DNA of 63,978 nt, filler included, from Octopus bimaculoides (lineage: Eukaryota): NCBI RefSeq assembly GCF_001194135.2. It is 5 parts of 4 records of this genome, joined end to end, with 100 filler letters (N's around TTAATTAATTAA, not from the genome) between each part and the next. Parts side by side here need not be neighbours in the genome. Positions count along the whole stretch, not along the records: positions 1 to 20,532 come from NC_068983.1; positions 20,633 to 48,970 come from NC_068988.1; 3 more parts are not named here. The stretch is one strand, 5' to 3'. The position numbers were made by a program, and so were the translations under genes. The first letter of the stretch is position 1; every line of letters begins with the position of its first letter. The notes beneath the pieces were generated by a model. It was not told the DNA's origin and ran no database searches. It saw nothing but the letters and a program-made list of their open reading frames with translations. Positions 12,322-23,560 of this stretch are shown in pieces.

Positions 12322-14309
12322 TATTTGATACATTATACCTTGTATAGGAAATTAGAAAAATCAATAATCTTTCGGCATTCAGTCAATATAGAAGTAGGGA
12401 CTAACTTGATTGTAATAGGAAGGGAAGCATTGCCAAAGAAAATTATATAAAATAGATCGACTCTAATATTTCCATGATAAAAAGATTCTTTTACTAGTCT
12501 TCTTAAGTTCTTTTGCTAAGTACCAAAAAGCAGTTGCATTTTCCTTTTGAACAAATATGTTTTAAATCAATTTTGATAGTCTACTGATCAAACATATTCA
12601 TATAAGACATACATTTCAGATTATTTACTTTCTTGTCATGAATCAAAGACGTGTGAAATGCTTTTTTATTGTAGACAACAAAAATGATATTCTCTTTTCT
12701 GCAAGAATATTTACTAAATCTCTTGTGTTTAAAAACTGGTGAGCGGCTTGCATTAATATATGGTCTGTTTATATTTGCTTTTAAACCTAGATAATCTTAA
12801 ATGCATGACGTTTTCCTTTACAAAACAAACAAAACAAAAGAACAGATTTCACGCGAACACTTTAAAAGGAGTCTGCTCTGAAAATATGGAGCGGAATAAT
12901 TTTTTTTTTTTACCGGTCATCCATCAACTTTTATTGTATTCCCCTAGGACGGAATTTTGGCATTAGCTAAAAACCCAATATAGCAGTGTTCTCATGCTTG
13001 TTGAATCTATGATTTATATGTACATCCATAATGTATTACTCACTGAAACTAAAAACTTGTTAGAACTTTTGAAGAGCGCAAGATGGGAGAGAAGTAGACT
13101 TCCTTTCTCGCTTAAATGAATATAATTTGATGAAAATGATATTGACAGTTTTATATGTTCTGTGGCTAAGCAATGGAACCACAGATGACCAAACAGATTG
13201 GGAAGCGGTTGACTAGCCGAAGAATTAACTGTGCATTGCTAGTCATCGTGATTTTGGACAAGTTACTCTCGTTGCAAATAGACACTACGAGATAAATATT
13301 GATTTCTAAAGTAAAGAATACATATCGGAAGGAGAGAGTCGACGATTATATCAATATTCTTAAGTACTTTATTTTACGTACAGAGACAGATGAAAGGCAA
13401 AGTTGTCTCCGGAGGGATTCGAACACTGGACGAACGAAATATCGCATAGTATTTTGTCTGCCGACGAATCGATTTGTCTATCCCCCGCATTGCAGATAAA
13501 TATAGGTAATTACTGTTATGAACAGGAAAACTTTCGTGAGATTGTTTGTGGTAATTTCAAAACTTCATACCCCACCGCTCTTTATGTTGTAAGTTCAAAT
13601 TCCGCTGGAATGGACTTTTCCATACATTCTATAACGATGGCCAGGTGGGAGGTAGGCGATGTAATCGACTTCCCCGGCCGTTCAAAATTGATGGTATTCA
13701 GCCAAAATTAGGAAGAATAATCGTATAATATTGTATCCACTATTCTCTTATTACAACCCTTTCCTTAAAAAATAAAATGATGCGAATTAACTCTTTACGG
13801 GCCCAAAGCATTTTCATCAGTTTGTCCTAAACGTCCATATTTGTTCCCAGACTTTTATGTAGCTCTTGTTTTATACGTTCTGATTAGTATGAAACTTTCC
13901 ATTCATAAGTTCCAAGTTACATTAGCGGTTGAAAAAAAATTGGGTGTTTATATGATATACGACGCATGGAGGTTAGAGAAATTTGTTCCGTGTATTATAT
14001 GTGATAAATACGGGACAAGCAAAACGTTAAGTCTATGAAACAAAGTGAATAGTAATAGTATAAACAACTAAAAGTAAAAAATATTGGAAAGTGGGACTTA
14101 AGAGAAAAGCAGAGAAGAATCCTAGGAATTGAACCGTGAGAGAATCCTTTCTCTAAATCGATAACGAGCATAGCAAATAATGGTTTAATTGGAATTTATT
14201 AATATATGATGTCTAGTAGACGGAGATATATTTCTATATATAAAACACATATGTTCGTATTTTAGCGCCTACCTACTAAATTATCACTCTAATTGTATCC
14301 CTGTATCGA

Positions 14310-14592
14310 TCAAACTCACGGTTGATTTTATACACCCCTGATCACAATGCATTTGACTGCACTGTTGTAACTTTTGAATGACGGTCCTTCGCTGGCTAGG
14401 CAAGCAAGGCCACATTGCCCCTGAAAAGAAGGACAGTCCGTCGCAGGATAACCCATTAACCTCTAAGTTGAGTAGGATAGCGTGAAAGAAAGTGCTTTGT
14501 TCAATCACGCAACAAAACGTCGACCTGGGAATCGAAACTGCGATCTGGAGTTCATGAGTGCAACAGCTTAACGACTATTCCACACATTCACA
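14310..14592 (-). mobile_element. tRNA-headed SINE (family C-like), diverged
   Basis: Minus-strand head GTGTGGAATAGTCGTTAAGCTGTTGCACTCATGA...GTTTCGATTCCCAGG; body similar to copies at 42370 and 56795. Confidence 0.6.
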
Positions 14593-14790
14593 CCTAAAAT
14601 CCATATCTCTTAGTATTATTCTAAAATGTCCACTACATATCCAAATGTAAACTTATTCAATCTTCATTCGGTATGAATTAATCTTCCAACTCATTCATTT
14701 ATTTATAAATGTGTATCAAATTAAGCGTCTTTTCTGAATATAGGTGTAAATTAAACTTCCCGCTGTTAATAATTTCATGTAATCTTTGCA

Positions 14791-14833
<43 letters not shown>

Positions 14834-15401
14834 TACTCCGGTATATATATATATATATATATNNNNNNNNNNNNNNNNNNNNNNNNNNNNNNNNNNNNNN
14901 NNNNNNNNNNNNNNNNNNNNNNNNNNNNNNNNNNNNNNNNNNNNNNNNNNNNNNNNNNNNNNNNNNNNNNNNNNNNNNNNNNNNNNNNNNNNNNNNNNNN
15001 NNNNNNNNNNNNNNNNNNNNNNNNNNNNNNNNNNNNNNNNNNNNNNNNNNNNNNNNNNNNNNNNNNNNNNNNNNNNNNNNNNNNNNNNNNNNNNNNNNNN
15101 NNNNNNNNNNNNNNNNNNNNNNNNNNNNNNNNNNNNNNNNNNNNNNNNNNNNNNNNNNNNNNNNNNNNNNNNNNNNNNNNNNNNNNNNNNNNNNNNNNNN
15201 NNNNNNNNNNNNNNNNNNNNNNNNNNNNNNNNNNNNNNNNNNNNATATATATATATATATAAATATATATTTATATATACACATACAGGTGGATGTCGGT
15301 ATGCACATACCTGTACGTATATATGCATATACTCATTTACTATTTGTTATATATATACATACATACATACATACACACACTCTCTCTCACTCTCTCTCTC
15401 T

Positions 15402-15433
<32 letters not shown>

Positions 15434-15899
15434 TATATAATGTACATATGTAAGTAAGTATATATATATTTTAAATTCACACTTATTCAAATATTGCTAT
15501 TTGAATTGGTAAGCGACCATTTTCACGACGTTAAAAGGAAATAGTTAATTTAAGTTACATCACTCACTATACGTTTAATTAGCTACGTTCTATAAAAATA
15601 TAATTGATACTAAAATATAATCTTCATCGTTTCTGTGTTCTATATTTTATTGAATAACTTCTTTATTTCTGCCTTCACATACTTTTAATGTATTCATAGT
15701 TTTGCAGTTATCTTTTCCATACCGTTTTTCTTTACATTTACAGTTCAACAGATACATATGATAGTGCACATTTCCTTATCCATAGTAGTCTCGATGAAGT
15801 ACATGGAAGCTACGCTGCTAATTATTAGCCTTAACTTGAAAAAATATACCGAGTAGTTTATTTTCATTTTTATTTTTAAATGTTTGAATGCATTATTTA

Positions 15900-16078
15900 A
15901 AGATGGCGTTTCTTCCGTCTTTACGTTCTGAATTCAAATTCACCAGCGTCAACTTTGCCTTTCATTCCTTCAGAGCAGATAAAATAAGAACCAATTAAGG
16001 CACTGTGGTTGGTGTAATCGACTAGCCTCAGCCTTCTAAATACTTTCAGGCCTTGTGCCCATTGTAGAAAGGATTATT
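15900..16078 (+). mobile_element. SINE family B, 5'-truncated
   Basis: TTCTTCCGTCTTTACGTTCTGAATTCAAATTC...GGCCTTGTGCCCATTGTAGAAAGGATTATT. Confidence 0.7.
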
Positions 16079-16560
16079 TAGGTTGTGGACATCGCCAAAC
16101 CTTCTCCGCATGTATTTGTTTGTCTNNNNNNNNNNNNNNNNNNNNNNNNNNNNNNNNNNNNNNNNNNNNNNNNNNNNNNNNNNNNNNNNNNNNNNNNNNN
16201 NNNNNNNNNNNNNNNNNNNNNNNNNNNNNNNNNNNNNNNNNNNNNNNNNNNNNNNNNNNNNNNNNNNNNNNNNNNNNNNNNNNNNNNNNNNNNNNNNNNN
16301 NNNNNNNNNNNNNNNNNNNNNNNNNNNNNNNNNNNNNNNNNNNNNNNNNNNNNNNNNNNNNNNNNNNNNNNNNNNNNNNNNNNNNNNNNNNNNNNNNNNN
16401 NNNNNNNNNNNNNNNNNNNNNNNNNNNNNNNNNNNNNNNNNNNNNNNNNNNNNNNNNNNNNNNNNNNNNNNNNNNNNNNNNNNNNNNNNNNNNNNNNNNN
16501 NNNNNNNNNNNNNNNNNNNNNNNNNNNNNNNNNNNNNNNNNNNATATATATATATATATA

Positions 16561-17001
16561 ATAAGTATTCCAGGTTATCAGGAAATTTACTATTTTACAC
16601 TTTACTAATGCAATGTAAACAGTATCATCTATAATATCATTGCAAATTTGGGATTTTACCAATAGAACCGCAACTCCTATTTCAGGATATCCTTAGTGTA
16701 TGAAATACAAATACAAAGTTATATCCAATAAAATAATATAAATATTTAAAAAAACCTACTATAAAATGCAATAAAATTATTTTGTTTTATTTTATAGTAG
16801 GTTTTTTAACTGCTTATATTATTTTATGTTTCATTGGATAAAACTTTGTATGTATATTCTATACAATACAGATATCCTGAAATAGGAGTTGCGGTTCTAT
16901 TGGTAGAATCCCAAATTTGTAATAATATTATAAATGATACTGTTTACATTGCATTAGTAAAGTATAAAATAGTAAATGTCCTGATAACATGGAATACTTA
17001 T
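16561..17001. mobile_element. Near-perfect ~440-bp palindrome (foldback/MITE-like); left end abuts (TA)n and a gap
   Basis: ATAAGTATTCCAGGTTATCAGG...CCTATTTCAGGATATC mirrored by GATATCCTGAAATAGG...CCTGATAACATGGAATACTTAT; loop centred near 16775. Confidence 0.9.
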
Positions 17002-17160
17002 TGTTCCCTAAGATTTTTAAAATATTTATAAATATTCTATAATACTATCGTCTATACCTTTAGTATTTCTGACACGCGTCGGCTACAGACCTATCAGGTG
17101 GGACTGTACCAATAGGCTGGAACTCATCATTGAAGGATATACCTATTCCCAGTAATGGAG

Positions 17161-17214
17161 ATAAACAGTGAACAACGACATAAACAGTGAACAACGACGT
17201 AAACAGTGAACAAC
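17161..17214. repeat. 19-bp tandem repeat x~2.8 (ATAAACAGTGAACAACGAC)
   Basis: Directly visible. Confidence 0.9.
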
Positions 17215-17934
17215 ACAAGAGAGAAACGGTAAGAGTGACCTCCCTTATGTTTTCATCGCCTTTCGAAGAATGGCAATGGACCAAAGAACTCCACCTGTCC
17301 TTAAGAACTGATTTGTATATTCAACTATTTGTTACAGTTCTGCATTTGAACTCTGATATTTTGTGACGACTTGTATTCTGAACTCAAATGATTATAACAG
17401 ATTTGAGAAGCCTTCGATTTGTGAGTTTTATGCCATTCATCTTTACTAAATACATAGTTGAATCTAGCATTGGGTTTGTTGTTATTTCCATGCTTATTAC
17501 TTTCTGATGTCTTTGTCTGTATATACATATATGTATATAAATATATATNNNNNNNNNNNNNNNNNNNNNNNNNNNNNNNNNNNNNNNNNNNNNNNNNNNN
17601 NNNNNNNNNNNNNNNNNNNNNNNNNNNNNNNNNNNNNNNNNNNNNNNNNNNNNNNNNNNNNNNNNNNNNNNNNNNNNNNNNNNNNNNNNNNNNNNNNNNN
17701 NNNNNNNNNNNNNNNNNNNNNNNNNNNNNNNNNNNNNNNNNNNNNNNNNNNNNNNNNNNNNNNNNNNNNNNNNNNNNNNNNNNNNNNNNNNNNNNNNNNN
17801 NNNNNNNNNNNNNNNNNNNNNNNNNNNNNNNNNNNNNNNNNNNNNNNNNNNNNNNNNNNNNNNNNNNNNNNNNNNNNNNNNNNATATATATATATATATA
17901 CATACATACATATATGTACATACATATATATATG

Positions 17935-18420
17935 TCAACATAAATGCATATATGCATATATGTGTACAGGACGCCAAAAGGTGTAAACAACATGAAATAC
18001 GAAGACAAATTTGCGTATAGAAACAAATGGAAAACAAGGCAACTAACATAAAGAACGACCATTCATCAGTTGTCGGCTGTCCATCTACAGCTCATTTCGA
18101 GCATTTAACGACAATATTAGACTTGGAAAGGCAGTTGCTCCCGCGAATCAAAATAAAATTCGGGATTTGCGGAGGGTCAAAACTGGTAACAAAAACAGGA
18201 TAGTGGAGACATACAACAAACCAAAGGAAAACAGACACGGAGGGCCGTTAGGCCAGACGAGGTAAGATAGCGGACGCTTGAGGAATATTGTCTTTGACAA
18301 GAGAAAAAGATAGAAGAGGAGACAGATAAGAATGCGTCTGGTCTGTACGACAGACTGAAGGAAAAGAAAGATGATCACGTGAGGAAAAGAAAGATAGACG
18401 GTGGTCACGTGTGACGAACG
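17935..18420 (-). mobile_element. Interspersed repeat (related copy at 59686-60060, + strand), possibly a PLE terminal-repeat derivative
   Basis: Shared order ACCCTCCGCAAA...GCGGGA, TTGTC..GACAA-CTGATGAA, GTTCTTTATGTT, TTTG(A/G)C(G/A)TCCT(G/A)TACAC. Confidence 0.6.
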
Positions 18421-19748
18421 AGAATGGGTAAAGGAGAAAGAGTGAGAGAGAGAGAGAGAGAAAGAGAGAGATGGAAAACGGTGAATGGGAGAAAAAATAA
18501 TTAGAGAAAGGAAGAGAGAAAAATGAAAGGGGGAGGAGGGGAGAAGAAAAGAATTAGAGAAAGAAAGAGGGACAAAACGAAAGTGGGAGAGAGAGAACAG
18601 TGCAGTGTAGAGTCAAATCAAAATTATTAAGATAAACTTACTTGGAAATGGATGCTTGTGTTTCTGTACGCATACACAAACATGCACACTCATATACAAT
18701 GTAAACACGCATATTTACGCACACATCCACAGGTGTATATACGCAAATTGTTTTTTCCAAGGTTGTCCATGGCCGTGATGGCTAAATTTAAGTGAAATAC
18801 TTAAACTTTACTTACGTATATANNNNNNNNNNNNNNNNNNNNNNNNNNNNNNNNNNNNNNNNNNNNNNNNNNNNNNNNNNNNNNNNNNNNNNNNNNNNNN
18901 NNNNNNNNNNNNNNNNNNNNNNNNNNNNNNNNNNNNNNNNNNNNNNNNNNNNNNNNNNNNNNNNNNNNNNNNNNNNNNNNNNNNNNNNNNNNNNNNNNNN
19001 NNNNNNNNNNNNNNNNNNNNNNNNNNNNNNNNNNNNNNNNNNNNNNNNNNNNNNNNNNNNNNNNNNNNNNNNNNNNNNNNNNNNNNNNNNNNNNNNNNNN
19101 NNNNNNNNNNNNNNNNNNNNNNNNNNNNNNNNNNNNNNNNNNNNNNNNNNNNNNNNNNNNNNNNNNNNNNNNNNNNNNNNNNNNNNNNNNNNNNNNNNNN
19201 NNNNNNNNNNNNNNNNNNNNNNNNNNNNNNNNNNNNNNNNNNNNNNNNNNNNNNNNNNNNNNNNNNNNNNNNNNNNNNNNNNNNNNNNNNNNNNNNNNNN
19301 NNNNNNNNNNNNNNNNNNNNNNNNNNNNNNNNNNNNNNNNNNNNNNNNNNNNNNNNNNNNNNNNNNNNNNNNNNNNNNNNNNNNNNNNNNNNNNNNNNNN
19401 NNNNNNNNNNNNNNNNNNNNNNNNNNNNNNNNNNNNNNNNNNNNNNNNNNNNNNNNNNNNNNNNNNNNNNNNNNNNNNNNNNNNNNNNNNNNNNNNNNNN
19501 NNNNNNNNNNNNNNNNNNNNNNNNNNNNNNNNNNNNNNNNNNNNNNNNNNNNNNNNNNNNNNNNNNNNNNNNNNNNNNNNNNNNNNNNNNNNNNNNNNNN
19601 NNNNNNNNNNNNNNNNNNNNNNNNNNNNNNNNNNNNNNNNNNNNNNNNNNNNNNNNNNNNNNNNNNNNNNNNNNNNNNNNNNNNNNNNNNNNNNNNNNNN
19701 NNNNNNNNNNNNNNNNNNNNNNNNNNNNNNNNNNNNNNNNNNNNNNNN

Positions 19749-19788
<40 letters not shown>

Positions 19789-20043
19789 TGTATGTATGTA
19801 TGTATGTATGTATGCATGTGCTAAATATGGGAGTTTGTTCACAGGTGATCTAAACGATTAGGTACGCTAAGTAACTGCTGTAATGGATTACTAGGCAACC
19901 AAGGTTATACCCGAGACGGTAGTTATGGAGCCATTGCAGATTCCCGATGCACCGGATATATAATTATTAAACAGGACGTCAAACATTAAGGCAAGGCAAA
20001 CATCTCAAGTCATATACAGTATTAATACAGGAAGAAATTCAAA

Positions 20044-20099
20044 ATCTTACAGCTGTTTCTGGGATATCCCCGAGTATGGGACATTCCGTCATCAGAGAC
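20044..20099 (-). ncRNA. Minimal hammerhead motif (left arm)
   Basis: GTCT-CTGATGA-C-GGAATGTCCC-ATACTC-GGGGATATCC-CA-GAAA-CAGCTG-TA-AGAT; palindromic stem III ACAGCTGT; C.A mismatch closes stem II. Confidence 0.55.
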
Positions 20100-20365
20100 A
20101 TCCCAAGAAAAAGACATAAACATATCAATGTTCATTCAACCCATATGGATATACGCAGGATTGCACCTAAAGGCTTACACTCATAGATATACGCAGGATC
20201 ACGCCTAAGGACTTATGCTTTGATTTCTTCAGAAAGTTGAACAATATGCTTTTATGCCTCGTTTTTCATGTCTCTTTCCATCTCCTTATTCTTTTTCTCC
20301 CTTCCTCTATGTTGTCATCTTATTGATATATACCTTCTTCATTTTCCATATTATTTCTCCAATTT

Positions 20366-20420
20366 GTCTCTGATGACGGAATATCCTATACTCGGGGATA
20401 TCTCAGAAACAGGTGTAAGT
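20366..20420 (+). ncRNA. Minimal hammerhead motif (right arm)
   Basis: GTCT-CTGATGA-CGGAATATCC-TATACTC-GGGGATATCT-CA-GAAA-CAGGTG-TA-AGT. Confidence 0.5.
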
Positions 20421-20532
20421 TCTTTCTATAATAATATTGTATATGACTTGAGATGTTTTCCTTACCTTAATGTTTGACGTCCTGTTTAACAATTATGTAT
20501 GTATGTATATATGTATGTATGTATATATGTAT

Positions 20533-20632
20533 NNNNNNNNNNNNNNNNNNNNNNNNNNNNNNNNNNNNNNNNNNNNTTAATTAATTAANNNNNNNNNNNN
20601 NNNNNNNNNNNNNNNNNNNNNNNNNNNNNNNN
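20533..20632. other. Artificial scaffolding linker N44-TTAATTAATTAA-N44 (also 48971-49070, 59404-59503, 62834-62933)
   Basis: Exactly 100 bp each time; the 12-mer gives stops in all six frames. Confidence 0.95.
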
Positions 20633-21944
20633 TGTGTGTGTGTGTGTGTGTGTGTGTACATAAATAATTGAAAATACTGACTGAAAATGCGTATTGTCCA
20701 GATACTAACCGGAGCATTTATGGAAGACAATACAATTATTTGGGCATTTATCTTTTGTTTTTTCTGGAATATAATTTTTGATACATGCTATGTGGACTGT
20801 CATGTCCTTATTTTTGTACCATTATCTATGTTATAACCAAGCTTATTTTGATATTTACTATCCTTATAATTCACATTACCAAAATGATTATTATGTCTAT
20901 GTTCTAGCGATTGTTGTCCCTTATCCTTAGAAATTTCCTCAACATTTCTTCAAGATTAAAAGTGAACTTCCCGGTATGACCTGCCAAGCTAAAGGCATTA
21001 TAATATTCCGTATTCTGTAAGAAAATCCCTTCTTTATCTGATAGTTTATATATTCATAGTGTAACAGTACTAATTATGGATTCACTCACAACTCGCTGAT
21101 GGCTGGAATTTTATTAATCTTTTCCATTGTGTTTGTGACATAGATGATAAAATATAGTATCAATGTCAATCGTTACTACCACACAGTTCACTACTTTTCA
21201 GACCTGCTCTTATGAGATATAAAGTTCTAAGATGTTCTCTATATTTCTCATTTATAGAAAATTAACAGAGTAAATTCATTTTCTCTGTGTTCACTGTACT
21301 AGCATATATTTAAACTTTTTGACACCTGCGCTTGTCGGGGAGGAAGAATTTCTACATCAGGGATGATGCACTAAATTAAAGATAATAACTAGATATGACA
21401 GTTATCTATAACATCCATCTACTGAATTATCTCGATGGGGAATATATAATGTTTATAACTCTAATGTTATGCATCCAACCTCCACTCCTGAATACATTCG
21501 TTTAAAACTCTGAATACTTTTGGGTTTGATGAGAATGGTTGAGGGCTAATTTATTTAATTAATTAATTGATTTGTTAAATAATTAATTAATTATACATGT
21601 TATCTATTGTATAGAAATTAAACGATACCTCAGGCCATTCGAAATCGCCTTAACTTTGAATAGATTTATGCAACATCATCTTCAATCAATACAGTGTTAG
21701 TTCCTCTGCTAAGTTCTATCTCCGTTGGGTCGTGTCATGTTCAGCTAAATAATATGGCCTATGATAATTCATTCGACGCAGTTCATCTTTGGTTCTCTTC
21801 AACACACTTAACATCCCTTATTACATATTCTTTCGTGCCAAAATTTCATTGCCAAAAAGAACAAAATGTAATTATGTCTCCGTTTTGGCCTGCGATAAGT
21901 ACAATCTTCATACATAATATGTATATATATAGAGAGAGACACAC

Positions 21945-21977
<33 letters not shown>

Positions 21978-23088
21978 TTTATATATATATATATGTATAT
22001 ANNNNNNNNNNATATATATATATATATATATGAGAACACGGGGTTATTAATAAGGGATTAGTATTCTGGATAAAATAGCTTTTAATTACTCTCTGCTGAT
22101 AGAAATAGACCACATTAAAAAAGTGATTAGTGATTGGAGTCCAGGTAATTTGAAGGCCATATCTGCAAAAAAAAGGTCCTTTAGCAGCCGACATTGTAAA
22201 TCCATAGTCGTATTACATTACAGAAAAACATAAATAATGGGCTTTATACATTTATCTGTTTCTTACTGACTTACAGGTTTCTGATATGAATTTTAGTCCC
22301 GCTCATGTTACACTTTATTCAATCGATCTATCGACTGAAAATTTCGAGAACGCCTGTTCAAATGATATCCTCTTCGGAGTTCAATGCATAAGCCACCAAA
22401 GTAAATGAAAAGAAGAAGCAAGAAGGGAAGAAAAGAAGAAAAGAAGATAGAGAAAATAACAAATGAAAAATAGAAATAAAGTAGAATAAAATCAAACGTA
22501 TTAAAATAACGTAAACGTTAGAGGATAAAATGAAGTAAAAAAAACAGCAACACAAACAATCGTTAGGTATTAAATTTTAAAACCGGAATGTAAAACCGTT
22601 CCCTTATTGTAAGGGACAACAATAGCATGGGGCTGATGGCTAGTGACAGATTATTTAGTTCTATATAGATACAATAATGACCGAATTCCTTCCTTCTCTC
22701 TTCTTTTTTAAATATTTTCTTATTTTATCCCCTTATTCTCTTTTCTTATTCTGTTTCTCCTCCCTTATCTTCATTTACATTGGCAGGTTTTGGATTATAG
22801 CATTTGCAAGGGCGTTCTCTATATTTAAAATTTACCAATAGATCAATTAAATAATCTGAACAATGAATACACTGAAAATGTATATCAAGCACGGCTGTAA
22901 GTCTGTAATCCACAAATGAATGTATAACGTCAATATTTTGAAGCCTTTTCTTATATATATTTATATATATATATAAGAAGGAAGTATAATGATACAACGT
23001 GATCGTGAAAACCTAAGTACTGAAGATGAACATATCAAAAAGCATACGTCTAGCCACTGTAATTACTACATACATGCTTGGTATAAAC

Positions 23089-23166
<78 letters not shown>
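23089..23166. repeat. (AAT)n microsatellite, about 26 units
   Basis: Directly visible. Confidence 0.98.
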
Positions 23167-23168
<2 letters not shown>

Positions 23169-23170
23169 AA

Positions 23171-23560
23171 CTCTGCGGAATGTGGGTGCTAGAGAGAGGC
23201 AACGCGTGGTATGACCAGAAACCGAAGTGCGTGGCATATTCGAAGACTAGCAAAATCCTCTGGGATTTTCCAATCCAAACAGATTAGGTGCTAGAGCATA
23301 CCGGGCCGCGCGTTGTTGTGGTAGACAAGGTGAATAACATATGCTGTGTAGTTAAGGTTGCATGCCCATTTGACCCACGAATATTCAAGAAGAAAGGCGG
23401 AAAGAGAGAGAAATACAACCCTCTTGAGTACGGCTGTGGAAAATGAAGATGGTGAAAATAGTGCCAATTATTGTTGGATCCTCGGGAACAGTATCAGAAC
23501 GCATCAATAGGAATATAAAGGAAATTGAATAGAGTGTCAAGTTGAACTGTTGCAAAAGGA
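23171..23560 (+). pseudogene. R4/Dong-clade non-LTR retrotransposon, restriction-like endonuclease fragment
   Basis: One frame reads LCGMWVLERGNAWYDQKPKCVAYSKTSKILWDFPIQTD*VLEHTGPRVVVVDKVNNICCVVKVACPFDPRIFKKKGGKREKYNPL, then MVKIVPIIVGSSGTV. This matches the ILWDF.IQTD..L.H.RPD...DK..C...D.A.P.D....K..KY..L pattern. Confidence 0.8.

Larger units (their letters stand above)
19958..20498. mobile_element. Element with ~140-bp inverted terminal arms, each carrying a hammerhead core
   Basis: Arms 19958-20100 and 20365-20498 are reverse complements (AAACAGGACGTCAAACATTAAGG... / ...CCTTAATGTTTGACGTCCTGTTT). Internal ~39-bp tandem duplication (GATATACGCAGGAT) at about 20148-20220. Confidence 0.85.

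Noticed and set aside
17161-17214. Short regular repeats (19-mer here, 16-mer at 46135) as possible CRISPR arrays
   Set aside because: Head-to-tail tandems with no unique spacers, in a eukaryotic context with no cas genes.
20577-20588. Recurrent palindromic 12-mer TTAATTAATTAA (four times)
   Set aside because: Always centred in a 100-bp N44-12-N44 block; an assembly linker, not biology.
22277-22400. Plus-strand exon-like segment (CTGACTTACAG acceptor, 41 open codons, GTAAAT donor)
   Set aside because: No recognisable protein motif, and it is out of phase with the nearest candidate upstream exon; within chance expectation.
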